Source of the DNA: Gemmatimonadota bacterium
Lineage (GTDB): Bacteria > JBHIER01 > G020348925
Reading direction: 5' to 3'
Assembly (NCBI GenBank): GCA_020348925.1
Contig: CP070758.1
Span: forward strand, 3,611,688 to 3,675,687
Length of the DNA: 64,000 nt
The notes below the pieces were generated by a model. It made no database searches. It saw nothing but the letters and a program-made list of their open reading frames with translations, and was not told where the DNA came from. This document shows, one piece after another, positions 29,670 through 41,325 of the stretch. Each line of letters begins with the position of its first letter. Position 1 is the first letter of the stretch. Position numbers and translations under genes: made by a program.

Positions 29670-32600
29670 CTATCGCAGCAGGATCATCCGTTTCGTCTCC
29701 GACAGTCGGCCACCGTCTGCGATCAACTGGTAGAAATAGATCCCGCTGGCGGTGTTCTGGCCGGTCTGATCCCGGCCGTCCCAGTTCGTCAGATAGAAAC
29801 CCGACGCCTGCTGTTCATCCACCAGGGTCCGCACCTCCTGACCCAAGAGATTGTATATTTTCAGAGAGACGTCTGCCTGACGTCGTCCCTCGGGCAGCTC
29901 GTAGCGAATATCCGTCCCTGCATTGAAGGGGTTGGGGTAGTTTTGCTGCAGGGTGAACGCTTCGGGGATCATAGCGGCGGTGTGCTGGTCGACGCCTGTC
30001 ATTAACATATCGACCCAGAGGGTGATGTCGTCGAGGTGCCAGCCGTCGTTCGTGTCACTGGCGTCGCTGACCAATCTGAAACGCAAGGCAACCTGTTCGT
30101 TGCCAGGACCGCAGTACTCGTCGAGGGACAGGCTGTCCTTCACCGTCCGGAACTGGTCTCCCGTGTAGCTGACGAGTTGATGCCATGTTTCGCCGCCAGG
30201 AGAGACCTCCACGAATCCGAAATCATGATCTCGCTGCATGTTATAGCGGTGCCAGAAGGTCACTGCCGCCGTCGAACAGGCCGACAGGTCGAGGGGTTCG
30301 AGGAGGGTGAGGGCGTTGTCGGCGTTGTTTTCGTAAAATTTGGAGGGGCTGTCGGTCATGAGATAGACAGAATTGTGCCCCGGCAGGACCGGGCCCCATT
30401 CCTCCCCCAGATCCCACTTGTCCGTGCCCGACTCGAAATCATCCAGAAGAACCGTATTGACAATGAAAAACGAGAACGTGGCCGAGGTGGTTGTATTGGC
30501 ATTGGCCGAAGAGTCTGTGGCCTCGATCATGTACCCGATCTCGTCGCCTGTATCTCCGGACCAGGTTATAAAACCTTCGTACTCATGGGGTTGCCCTGTC
30601 GGCGTCATGGTCACGCTGTCCACGGGACTGTCGTTCTTTTGAAAATAGAGGGATACCAATTGAATACCGATATTATCCCTGACGACGGTCTTGACCGGCA
30701 CCGATCCGTTCTTCCGGTACGTATCCTGGAGTTGCTCGATGCTTTGAAATTCCGGTGGGACCATGTCGAGCCCCAGGTGGAAGGAAAATATGTCCCCGTG
30801 TGCCGAGCCGGCCCCGACCGGTGTCTTCCACTGGAAGTAAGGATTGTGGGCTGCAAAATAGTACGAAAACGTCGTCGAATCCCCCGGTGGTGGGATCTCC
30901 GCCGTGTAGTGGCCCCCTCCCTGGTGACTCATATGGGTTTCGATGAAGTCCGCATCTTCCCCCTTTTTCCAGAACAGGCTCACATCTGTGATGTCGGTAT
31001 CTTCATCCGTAATCTGTGCTGCGACAGGAATGGGTTGGGTCGTGCCCTCCCGATCCCGTATTTCCTTATGTTGAACGAAGTTCATCCAGTTGAGGATTCG
31101 TTTCAGGACTTCCAAGCGGGTTTCCCAGCGGGTTTCCGGGTCCGGATTGGGCGTGTAGCGTTCATCAATGGCCTCAAAACCAATACCGAGATAGACGACT
31201 TTGTATGGTCCTTCAAATTTAATCCCTGTCTTGTGGTGTTGGTTCCCGCTGTAGAAGAAAATGGCATCGGCATCCGGCGTCGGTTCAATCTCTTCAGGAT
31301 ACTGTTCATCACTCTTGCGCCCGGGCTGCCAGATTCCGAAGGAGAGACCGTCGCCAATGACGTCACCGTCGACCCCGACGACGTCGTGAACCGGACTGTC
31401 GTCCTCATAGTAGACGGCATGTAGGTATGTTTCATACCACTCCGAAAATCCAAAAGCGTATCCGTCCGGATCGTAGAAATCCCAGCCGATGTCCTGACCT
31501 GAGATAAAGAGGTTGCCGCCGTTGTCCAAATAGTGGCCGATGGCGGCTCGATCTTCGGGTTCAAGGCTTGGGAAGGCCCACTCGCACAACCATATCACAA
31601 CAGGGAAGGCGGACAGCAGATTTCCCGAGGGCGGTCCCATGATGAGGTGGTCCCAGTGGGCGTATTGCACATCCAGTGAATCGAAGAGGAACGTGTAGAA
31701 ATCTTCGACGTTGTTATCCCCATCGTCGTCGTCCACGAGCAGTATGGGCATCTGGCCGATGATGACAAATATGGTGTCCGATCCGCTGCCCCCTTCCGCC
31801 GCGGTGAAATCGATGTACAGCTTTGCCATGTGGGCTTCGGCTTCGTCGGCAACGGAAAAGGACATGGGTTCCACCGTTGTGGCGAAGGTATCGCTGGGGA
31901 AATAGGACATGACGGAAGAACCGTCCTGAATCACAAGATCGGGATCGGTCGTGCCGATGGTTACAGCCACGTTCGTGGCAGGGCTGACGGCGTAGTTCCG
32001 GAGTGTTACTGCCACAGTGATCTCTTCCCCCCGCTCGAAGAGGCCATCTCCGTCGCCTCTTGAAGCATCGTCCGTGGACACCGAGAAAAGCTCTAATCTG
32101 GGCGTCACTTCGGGCGGCTCGATTTCTGTCAGAGCACGCAGGGCGTTCATCCGACCACTGCCCAACTGCCCCACGTAGGCGGGATTCTGCTCATCAATAT
32201 TGTCCGCTGTCAGGACGACCTGACGAACGATCTCGTCGTTGCTCCACTCCGGGTTGTGCGCCTTGACAAGCCCGCACAGCCCGGCCACGAGGGGACAGGC
32301 CATGGAGCTGCCGCTGCTGTACCCGTAGTAGGGACTGTTCGGGACCGTGCTGTAGAGACTCACGCCCGGTGCACAGACATCGACGCCGATGCCCCATGCC
32401 CCGGTTGGGGCCTTGACATCCTGGCTGCTGACCCAACCGACGCTGATGACGTTGACGTACCCTGAGGGAAAGTGAGGATCACTTGAGGGATCGTTGCCGG
32501 CGGCGGCGACAACGATGCTGCCGAGGCCGTAAGCATAATTGACTACATCTTGATCGGCCTGGGAGTAATTCTTGAAATTTCCCCAGCTGAGGCTGATGAT

Positions 32601-33497
32601 GTCGGCTCCATTCTCAGCAGCGTAAAGGATTCCATCATAGCCGACGTCGACGTACTGTGGTTCCTCGTCGAAACTGGCCTTGACCGGCATGATTTCGCAA
32701 TTCCAGCTGATGCTGGCTATGCCAAGACCGTTGTCCGTAACGGCCCCTGCCAAGCCGGCTGTATGCGTGCCGTGATTATTGGAAAACCCGGAAGGCGCAT
32801 TGGTCGGGTTGCTGTCGTCTTCGGCGAGATCGTACCCGTGGATGTCGTCGATGTAACCGTTGCCGTCATCATCCACGCCGGGGAGGCCCTGGGCCTCAAG
32901 CTCGTTCGTCCAGATATTATCGTGAAGATCAGGGTGTCCCCAGTCGGTCCCGTTGTCGACAATGGCGATGACAATGGTGCTGTCACCGTGCTCAATATCC
33001 CAGGCTTCCGGAGCGTAAATCTGAGTGAGATATCTCTGCTTGTCCTCGAGGAACTTGGGATCGTTCGGATTCTCTTCGACGGTGTTGATGAAGATCGGCT
33101 CGGCATATTCGACGGACGGATCTTCTGCCAGGGCTGCGGAGATCTGTCTCGGCTCGTACGTCTCGGGAAAACGGAGTCGATAGATCCGCGAGAGGTCGGG
33201 CAGGCCGGAATTTTTGGGAATCGGCTTGTGCCTGAACCGTTTCTCTATGCTCCTCACCTCGTAGCGGGCCAGAAGTTTGTCAACGGATGCGATGCCCGTG
33301 TGAGCAACGGTTCCGGTCCCTTTGATCGTGATCGTCTCCACAGCGGGTCTGAATTTTACGGCAATCTCTCCTTTTCTATATTTCCCTTTGCTCCGTCCGT
33401 GGAGCGATGGCCTTGTCGAGTCACTGCTTTCTGTCACGGAGACACACAACATACCGAGAAGAGACGCACTCCAGAGAAGAAGTCGGACTGTTCTCAT
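29670..33497 (-). CDS. Secreted S8 (subtilisin-like) serine peptidase with accessory beta domains and a FlgD-Ig sorting domain
   Basis: Catalytic triad IVDNG / HGTHTAG / SGSSMACP; AAAGN; DDDGNGYIDDIHGYD; NYPNPFN. Confidence 0.92.
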   Translation of the reverse strand: MRTVRLLLWSASLLGMLCVSVTESSDSTRPSLHGRSKGKYRKGEIAVKFRPAVETITIKGTGTVAHTGIASVDKLLARYEVRSIEKRFRHKPIPKNSGLPDLSRIYRLRFPETYEPRQISAALAEDPSVEYAEPIFINTVEENPNDPKFLEDKQRYLTQIYAPEAWDIEHGDSTIVIAIVDNGTDWGHPDLHDNIWTNELEAQGLPGVDDDGNGYIDDIHGYDLAEDDSNPTNAPSGFSNNHGTHTAGLAGAVTDNGLGIASISWNCEIMPVKASFDEEPQYVDVGYDGILYAAENGADIISLSWGNFKNYSQADQDVVNYAYGLGSIVVAAAGNDPSSDPHFPSGYVNVISVGWVSSQDVKAPTGAWGIGVDVCAPGVSLYSTVPNSPYYGYSSGSSMACPLVAGLCGLVKAHNPEWSNDEIVRQVVLTADNIDEQNPAYVGQLGSGRMNALRALTEIEPPEVTPRLELFSVSTDDASRGDGDGLFERGEEITVAVTLRNYAVSPATNVAVTIGTTDPDLVIQDGSSVMSYFPSDTFATTVEPMSFSVADEAEAHMAKLYIDFTAAEGGSGSDTIFVIIGQMPILLVDDDDGDNNVEDFYTFLFDSLDVQYAHWDHLIMGPPSGNLLSAFPVVIWLCEWAFPSLEPEDRAAIGHYLDNGGNLFISGQDIGWDFYDPDGYAFGFSEWYETYLHAVYYEDDSPVHDVVGVDGDVIGDGLSFGIWQPGRKSDEQYPEEIEPTPDADAIFFYSGNQHHKTGIKFEGPYKVVYLGIGFEAIDERYTPNPDPETRWETRLEVLKRILNWMNFVQHKEIRDREGTTQPIPVAAQITDEDTDITDVSLFWKKGEDADFIETHMSHQGGGHYTAEIPPPGDSTTFSYYFAAHNPYFQWKTPVGAGSAHGDIFSFHLGLDMVPPEFQSIEQLQDTYRKNGSVPVKTVVRDNIGIQLVSLYFQKNDSPVDSVTMTPTGQPHEYEGFITWSGDTGDEIGYMIEATDSSANANTTTSATFSFFIVNTVLLDDFESGTDKWDLGEEWGPVLPGHNSVYLMTDSPSKFYENNADNALTLLEPLDLSACSTAAVTFWHRYNMQRDHDFGFVEVSPGGETWHQLVSYTGDQFRTVKDSLSLDEYCGPGNEQVALRFRLVSDASDTNDGWHLDDITLWVDMLMTGVDQHTAAMIPEAFTLQQNYPNPFNAGTDIRYELPEGRRQADVSLKIYNLLGQEVRTLVDEQQASGFYLTNWDGRDQTGQNTASGIYFYQLIADGGRLSETKRMILLR

Positions 33498-34021
33498 ATT
33501 CCTTTCCTTTAACTTCAGATTCTTTTTCCCACCGTGCCTATCAAAATCCGCTCGATCGTATTATATTCTCAGACTCCCATCTCCGAGAATTGTTTCAAAT
33601 AGTAACGTCTAAAAGCCTTCGTGTCAAGGATAAGTTGAAAAAATGGGGCATTTTCGTCTGAATTCTTCATACTTTTTTTCACAAAAACACCGAATCACAA
33701 CGAATATTGGAGTGCACGATACGATTTGAAGAGGCCCGGTGTTTCAGAAAAATGATACAGGTATCAGAATTATCTTGACAAGTTTATTTGTTTTTAGTAA
33801 TTTAAGACAATTTTTAAGGAGTCAAGTGGAGGTTGCATCAGCTCATGAGGGAGTAAGCCTCTATCTTTTGCGGATTCTTTTTTTCACATGCTGTAACCCG
33901 ATGCGAGAGATTTTTTTGAGGGACATTGCACGTGAAAACACCAATGCTTCGAAACCAGCCAAATACACATACTTAAGGCGGTCATGATTGTGGATCCGGT
34001 GATAATGATCGAAAGGCGGAG

Positions 34022-37000
34022 ATGATGAAAAAAACAAATCTTATTGCAAAAGGTGTGGTTATTATTGTTGTCATCGCAAGTATTCTGCTGCTGGTTGCCC
34101 CTTCGGAATCCAGCGGGCAGACGGCCTGTGACTGCTGGAACACCGACGGCTGTGATTGCCTTGAAACGTACACTGTCTCTGTGACTGACTCTGTGACTGA
34201 GATACTGAAGTGCGGGGCGACCATAAGCTCGGACTCGATGGTCTCCTGGACCTGTCAGTTGCTCGAGTGCCCTGATGTCTCTGTTTCTGACATCATTGCC
34301 GCGTATTCCAGTATGTACGCGAATAATGCTATGGCGGCCGGCGTTCTCTATTGTGAGTGTGAAGTGTCTCATACTGACCTTTTGGCGGCCGGACTGGTGT
34401 GGGACGATATCACTCAGGGAATTGCAGGTGTACAGTTTTTTCTCGGTCTCACGTGCGACGTCGATCCCTGCGCGCTCTACGCTGCCGGCGCCAGCGTATC
34501 AGGGATTCTGATGATCGGCATGGGAGGGGGGATGGACTTTGAGACGTTGATCTCCTGGACCTGTCAGTTGCTCGAGTGCGGCGTTACTGTTTCTGACATG
34601 GTTGCTGCGTATGAAAGTTTTTTGGCGAGTGAGACTGGGGCAATAATCGCAGCTGCTGTTCTGTATTGCGGGTGTGGTGTGTCTCTTGCTGATCTGATAG
34701 AGGCCGGGCTGGAGTGGAACGATATCAAAATGGGACTGTTATATTATGAGCAGTTAGGCCTTTCTGAGTGCTCCGTGGATCCCTGCGCGCTCTTCGCTGA
34801 CGGCGCCAGCGTATCACAGGTGCTTGAGGCTGGTTTAATGCTGCATCCGATGAACACGGATACGTTGGTCTCCTGGACCTGTCAGCTGCTCGAGTGCGGC
34901 GCCACTGTCTCCGATCTGATCGATTATTTTCGCAGTATGAGTTATCCTGATGCCATTGTGGCAGGTATACTCTATTGTGGGTGTGGAATATCTGTCGCTG
35001 ATCTGGTGGCGGCCGGATTGCAGGCCTGCGATATCGTTACAGGGTCGCTCGGTGGTGGCGGCTTTTTCGAATTCCCTGATTGTACCGTCGGTTCGTGTGA
35101 TCTCGTCGCTGCCGGCGCAAGCCCTTCCGAGGTGCTGGAGTGTTGGCAGACGGCATATCCTGACGACTTGGATATCTTGATCTCCTGGACCTGTCAGTTG
35201 CTTGAGTGCGGTGTCTCTGTCTCCGAGATCGTTTCCGCTTATGAAAGTGTATTCGGAGGTGGAATTATAGCAGCTTATATTCTGTATTGTAATTGTGGTG
35301 TGTCTGTCGCCGATCTGATGGCGGCCGGATTGGAAGCGTGCGACATCATTACAGGATCGTTGTATCCAACCTATTCAGGTCTTCCAGAGTGTGCCATGCC
35401 TTCTCCGTGTGATCTCGTCGCTGCCGGCGCCAGCGCCTCTGAGGTGTTTGAATGTGCGACACTGATATTTTCTACGTACCCCGATACGTTGCTTTCCTGG
35501 ACCTGTCAGTTGATCGAGTGCGGTGTCTCTGTCTCTGAAATGGTTTCCGTTTTTCGCAGTATTGCCGGGAATGAGACTGGGGATGTTGCAGCGGCAAGTA
35601 TTCTCTACTGTCGTTGTGGTGTGTCTGTGGCCGATCTGATAGCGGCCGGATTGGAAGCCTGCGACATCATTACAGGATCTTTGTATGCAAGCTTTTTGGG
35701 ACTTCCCGAATGTGCCGTACCCCCTCCCTGTGATCTCGTTGCTGCCGGCGCGAGCGGCTCAGATGTGTTAGTATGTGGTGCGCAGTTATTTTCATCGAAT
35801 CCTGATACATTGGTTTCCTGGACCTGTCAGTTGATCGAGTGCGGTGTCTCTGTTTCTGAAATAGTCTCCGCTTATCGGAGTTATATGGATGTGGGCGCAG
35901 ATCTTATGGCAGCCGGAATTCTCTATTGTGGTTGTGGTGTGCCTGTGGTTGATCTGCTCAATGCCGGAGTGGCACCGTGTGATGTCATTAATGGACTGCA
36001 GAGCGTAAGTTTATTATTCCCGGATTGCACCATTACGCCCTGCGATCTCATTGCTGCTGGCGCTTCGATTGATGACCTTCAGGACTGTGTGGCCAGTGAG
36101 TATTGGGAGAGCGATGAGGACGAAGATGGGTACCCGACCGACTGCGATTGCGACGATACCGACCCGGAAATAAACCAGGGCGTGCCGGAGGTGTGCAACG
36201 GGCAGGACGACGACTGCGACGGTCTGGTGGACGATGACGATCCAAACCTGACAGGCAGTCCGTGGTATGAGGAGAGCGACGGTGACACCTACGGGAACCC
36301 GAATGTGTCCCAGCAAGCCTGTAGCCAGCCCCCGGGGTATGTGGCCGACAACACCGATTGCGATGACACCGATGCCGCGATTTATCCCGGCGCACCGGAA
36401 CGATGCAACGGGCTGGACGACAACTGCGATACGGTGGTGCCGGCGAACGAAGCGGACAACGATGGAGACGGACTTTTGAATTGTGCCGACAACTGTCCGA
36501 ACGCCTACAACCCAGGCCAGGCGGACACCGATGGCGACGGTCAGGGGAATGCCTGCGACTCCGACGACGACAACGACGGCGTGGCGGACGGTCCGGATAC
36601 CGCCCAACTGGACCCGGACGTGTGCCAGGACATCGATACCGACGGCTGTGATGATTGTGCCGTGGGCACCGATGACTTTGGCCCGAATCCGGACAATGAT
36701 CCGGCCAACGACGGACCGGACGCGGATACCGACGGCATATGCGACGAGGGCGACAACTGCCCGAACGAGCCCAACGATGATCAGGCGGACAGCGATATTT
36801 TCGATTGTCCCGGTGGAAGCCCCAAGGGAACAGGATACGGTCTCGGGGTCAATGGATGTCCTGACGGCTTGGGTGACGCCTGCGACAACTGTCCGAACCA
36901 TTACAACCCCGGCCAGGAGGATTTCAATAACGATGGGATCGGCAACCTCTGCCAGGATACAGACGGCGACGGTCTGCGCGACAGGGACGAGGGCGACGGC

Positions 37001-38751
37001 GACCGGGATGGTGACGGCATTCCCGATTATGAGGATTACGACCCCACAGGATATTTCTACGACGAAGTGACCGGTGGCATCGTATCCGGAGGGCGGGTCG
37101 ATGTCATCGGACCTGGTACGATCACGATCATTCACAATGGTTCTTCAGGGTATTACCAGTTCATCGTTTCCCCGCCACCCGGGGGAGGGACGTACGACCT
37201 GGTTTTAACCCTGCCGCCGAGCACGCTCTTGAGCTCCACGTGTCTGGACCAGGGCACGCTGGATCCGAACCCGGCTACTGATCCCAATCCCCTCGTTCTG
37301 GGCCACGGTGAGATGGGCAATTCCGGTGTGCTCTCGTCGAGCGATTGCACCGATTATTACACCAGTTTTTTTGTGGAGGCAGGGGATCCGTATGTTTTCA
37401 ACAACAATTTTCCCCTGCGCGTGGCACCGGCCGTGGGCTGGGGCGATACGTGTCTGGATCACAACCTGATAGGCCAGGCGGATGATTTTCTCGTGGGCAG
37501 CAATCCCCAGATAGCGGACCAGGACACCTATGCCGTGGGTTTTTACAATTTTGGTGGTGAGGCCCGGTTGACGTCGATCTCCTTCCAGTGGTACGATCCC
37601 GGTTCTGTGAATCTGTCGGTCCATCTCGGCCCTGAGGGGGTGTGTCCGCCCTGTGTGCCGCTCGGTCTTGGAGAGAGTCCCTTGGGTGCGCCCTTGGCTG
37701 GGTTTGACTCGGGCAGTATCATAGGGAATTGGAACTGGGAGACGGTCGATTTGGGTGATGGGCCGTGTATTCAGATTCCGGCCAAGCGGTGTTTCTATAT
37801 CGTCTGGACGATGAAGGCGGGCAGGGACAGACCCAGAATATTGGGTGATGCCGGCCATACTGAAAGTTTCTCGTGGATCTATAATGCGGAGCAGGAGGCG
37901 TGGAAGTGTTATACCGGCTACGAGTACATGGTGAAAGTCTGTCTGGAATACAACGCCGGCTGTATCGAGATCCGGGAGTCGGACATAACGTGGCACCATC
38001 CTTACCGCGGTGCGTATCCGTGCGTCTGCGATGATTACGCGGTGCGCGCCGTTTTTCACAGTGCCTGTGATACCGGTGCGATCGTGGACGTGGAATTTTA
38101 TGATGCGCCGTGGGGGCTGTTCACCGTGCCGCTCAATGGCGATCCGCTGTGTCGTGAGACGGCGTATGTTCCGGCCGGTGGGGTCGATACGGTGATGTGT
38201 GAATGCGGGTATCATCACGATTCTGACGAGGAGAACTGGTGGGCGCGGAATAGTGTCGTGCGGTGGACCAGGGATATGACTTTCTGTTCCGAAGATCCGG
38301 AGCCGACATGGTACATGAGCCGCCGCTGTCGGATGACGATCTGGCCGGATGAGCCGTGGGATCATGAGCCGGTGCGGTGGGGGCTCGATCCGATCGCCAT
38401 ACCTGTGTACAACGAACACGACGAGGCGATGCGGTTTCAACTGTCCCTGGAGGATCTTCCGGGCGCATGGGAGGCCCTTCTGAGTGCTGAAGATTTTATT
38501 GTCGAGCCAGGTATTGCAGATACAGTCTATCTGACAGTCGTTCCAAACGGTTTGGAGCCGGACGGATCAGTGATCCTGAAGGTGCGGGGGTTCAAATGTA
38601 ATGGCGAGTGGGGTGAGGTGGAGATCGAGTTTCTGCCCTATCCGGAGCGGATCTACGTGGGGCCGGACGGGCGTCGGGTGCAGCCGGTGCATGCGCGGGC
38701 TATTCGCTGGAGTCCGCGTTACCCGTGTGAGAATGTGCCCTACGATGTGTG
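34022..38751 (+). CDS. Large secreted protein: six ~105-aa Cys-rich repeats, putative metal-binding (MopE-like) motifs, thrombospondin type 3 repeats and unknown beta domains; truncated by gap
   Basis: Signal peptide; SWTCQL x6; DCDDTD...PEVCNG.DDDCDG; DNCPN.YNPGQ.D.DGDG.G.ACD. Confidence 0.8.
34200..36090 (+). repeat. Intragenic tandem repeat, six units of 309-321 bp
   Basis: TCCTGGACCTGTCAG at 34244, 34553, 34871, 35183, 35495 and 35816. Confidence 0.9.
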
Positions 38752-38851
38752 NNNNNNNNNNNNNNNNNNNNNNNNNNNNNNNNNNNNNNNNNNNNNNNNN
38801 NNNNNNNNNNNNNNNNNNNNNNNNNNNNNNNNNNNNNNNNNNNNNNNNNNN

Positions 38852-41254
38852 GATGGAAGTGTCCCCATCTTCGGTGTATATGAGCTTATAATCGGAGGGA
38901 ACAGGGGTAAAGGGTGAAGCGAAAAAATCCATATTGGTCGTAACCGTATTGTCCCCGAGAACCATGTAACTGGAATCGGCCCAGAAATCGACACCATCCC
39001 AGCTTCTGATGCTCAGTCGCAAACCATCAAAGAATGGCCCTTCAATCTCGGGGCCACATTCGGTGGCTATCTCATCTCTATGCTCTAAAACATATATGCC
39101 TCTGTCCTCATCGAAAACATCGTAGAGGAGCATGTCAAACATGGTTGAATCATCGAAGGAGATAATGTAGCGATGCCCGGTTACTACTGTTGAGTCGATG
39201 ACAATAGCTCTGATGAATCCATTGCCCAATGAACCGGGCAGAGGAGTTACCGCTATGGTCGCCCTTCGCTCATTGTATAGTGTGAATATCGTGTTCGACT
39301 GATCTTCCCCCATGAGGGATGTCGGATCTTGTGCGTTCACTCGAATCAGTCCGAAGTTAGTGTTGGCGAAAGATCTCGTATCCCACATGTAGCTGCCGCT
39401 GTTCTCCTGTCCGGAAACGACGAACTCCCAGAATCCGCCCCCGTTGGCGCTGTACTCAATTGAAATGGTGATGATATCCCCGTCGGCATCTCCAGCGTCC
39501 CATGTGATTTCGTACACACCACTGATATGTTCTCCGCCGTTGGGTGATAGCACCATCACCTCCGGTGCCACTTCTCCAGGATTGTCGATCGCAAAGAAGC
39601 CGTCGGAGATATCCTCGCCGCACAGTTCACCCCCGCTGACAATCCTGATGAGATAAAAAACGCCATCAGGAACATCTGCCGTGTTCCAACTGTATACTCC
39701 GTCGTTTTCTTCATCAACTGCTATGATCTCCCATGTTCCACCAGCATTGCGACTGAAAGAGATATCCACTTCAGAAATCGGCTCTCCTGTAATGCTCTGG
39801 GTCTCCCATGTTATCTCTTGAATACCACTACAGATCTCCCCTCCGTTAGGAGATAGAACGGTTACTTTTTGGTGCTGATAATGAGTATTATACATACCTT
39901 GCGCGATTCGGGCATTGTATTTCAGATCCTCACGATCGTCACCCATGATCAGGCAGAATGAGAAAGCTGTGGTCTCATGAGGAGCCCATTCGAAAGGGCC
40001 TGAACTCATGATGAACACACAATCGGTCCCGTTGGGATACATCGTTCGAATTTTTTCCGGAGAATCGAAATGGGGATCGAGATTACTCTCTGGATCCGGA
40101 TGGAAATAGGCCATATCTTCCTCAGGTCTCAGGTCGGTAGTGTCACCACTCATCACTTTATATTGTATCAGCTCCTTACGTTCCTCTATAACCATACCGG
40201 GTCTGTTCTCCCACTCGAACCAGTGCCAGTCGGTTAGACCTAACTCCCTGCCATTCGATCCATTGGGGGTCTCCAGTAATTTTACTCCAACATAGGGTCT
40301 CCAGTTGGGCGCCGGCCTGTAGTCATAGATAAAAGCCATGTTATAGTGGACCGTATCCTGCAGATCCTCGTCCCATTCTTTTTTGATCAAGTCCATCCAA
40401 TCCATTCGATCATTAATAATACCATTCACATCGTATGTTTCCACGTCTGCGTCGAAATAGAATCCTGCATAGACGCCAGTGTAATACCAGTCGCTGTCGT
40501 TGATCAGCTTGCAGGTGTAGAAGAGAAAATCCTCCGCGCAAAATCCTTCGTAGGAGAGAACCTGGATGTCCACTTGAGCTCCAATGGGGAATCCCTGGTC
40601 GGGCAGCTCATCCCGGCTGGCGAAAGGGTCGTCGGTGATACTGAAGAAAACCTCTTTATCAGCCGTAAAAAGGCCTTCTATTTCCTCTCCGGTTATCGGG
40701 TCTTTGGCCCAAAAACCCGGCCAGCATCTATTGCCGTCCCGATCCCAAGGCCAGGTTTCCGGAATGGTGCTGGTAGCCACGAGAGAAAGACTCGAAAGTG
40801 GTGCACCGGCAATCACGTCACCAACAGTCACATCCCCCGAGTGATACTTACCCAGGGAACCCGGGGTCGGATCCCAATCGGATTGAACAGTTCCCCCATG
40901 AAGCTGTGCTTCGGAAACGGTCGGACCTGGAATCCCCGGAGGATTCCACGACCCCTCCGGGATTCCAATCCAGAGGTTAAAGTCAGGGATATATCCGTAT
41001 CCCTTATACCATCCGGCGGGCAATTCAGGAACGATATATCCTGACCATCCCGATGTCGCCAGAAGTCCGTTATTATAGACCGAGTTTTGCAGTTCACCGG
41101 AATCCAGAATCCCGGCCGCCAAATCGATGCTTGACTGGGAAGAAGATGTTTTGTCCGAGGTTCTGTCTGCGGCGATTGTCTCTGGGACTGGAACGAACGT
41201 ATTGACTCCAATCGCCAGGAGTAATACTGTGACGAACAACACAACCTGTCTCAT
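38852..41254 (-). CDS. Secreted protein of unknown function with two SPNGGE Ig-like domains; 3'-truncated by gap
   Basis: RBS GGAGG; signal peptide; V.SPNGGE...ITW...N.G..WE...N.G.Y.W[DN]T twice. Confidence 0.7.
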
Positions 41255-41325
41255 TTTCCGTCACCTCCTTGAAAGATCTGGAAAGCGTTTGAAAAAACGT
41301 TCTAAATTTATGAAACATGAAAACA

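Noticed and set aside
30036-33512. Long antisense ORFs (30036..31424, 32550..33512; also 36014..37135 and 37205..38440)
   Set aside because: They are shadow frames of GC-rich genes and have no motifs or RBS.
34200-36090. Regularly spaced identical 15-mers as a possible CRISPR array or DGR
   Set aside because: The spacing is ~310 bp and in frame within a protein; there are no cas or reverse transcriptase genes.
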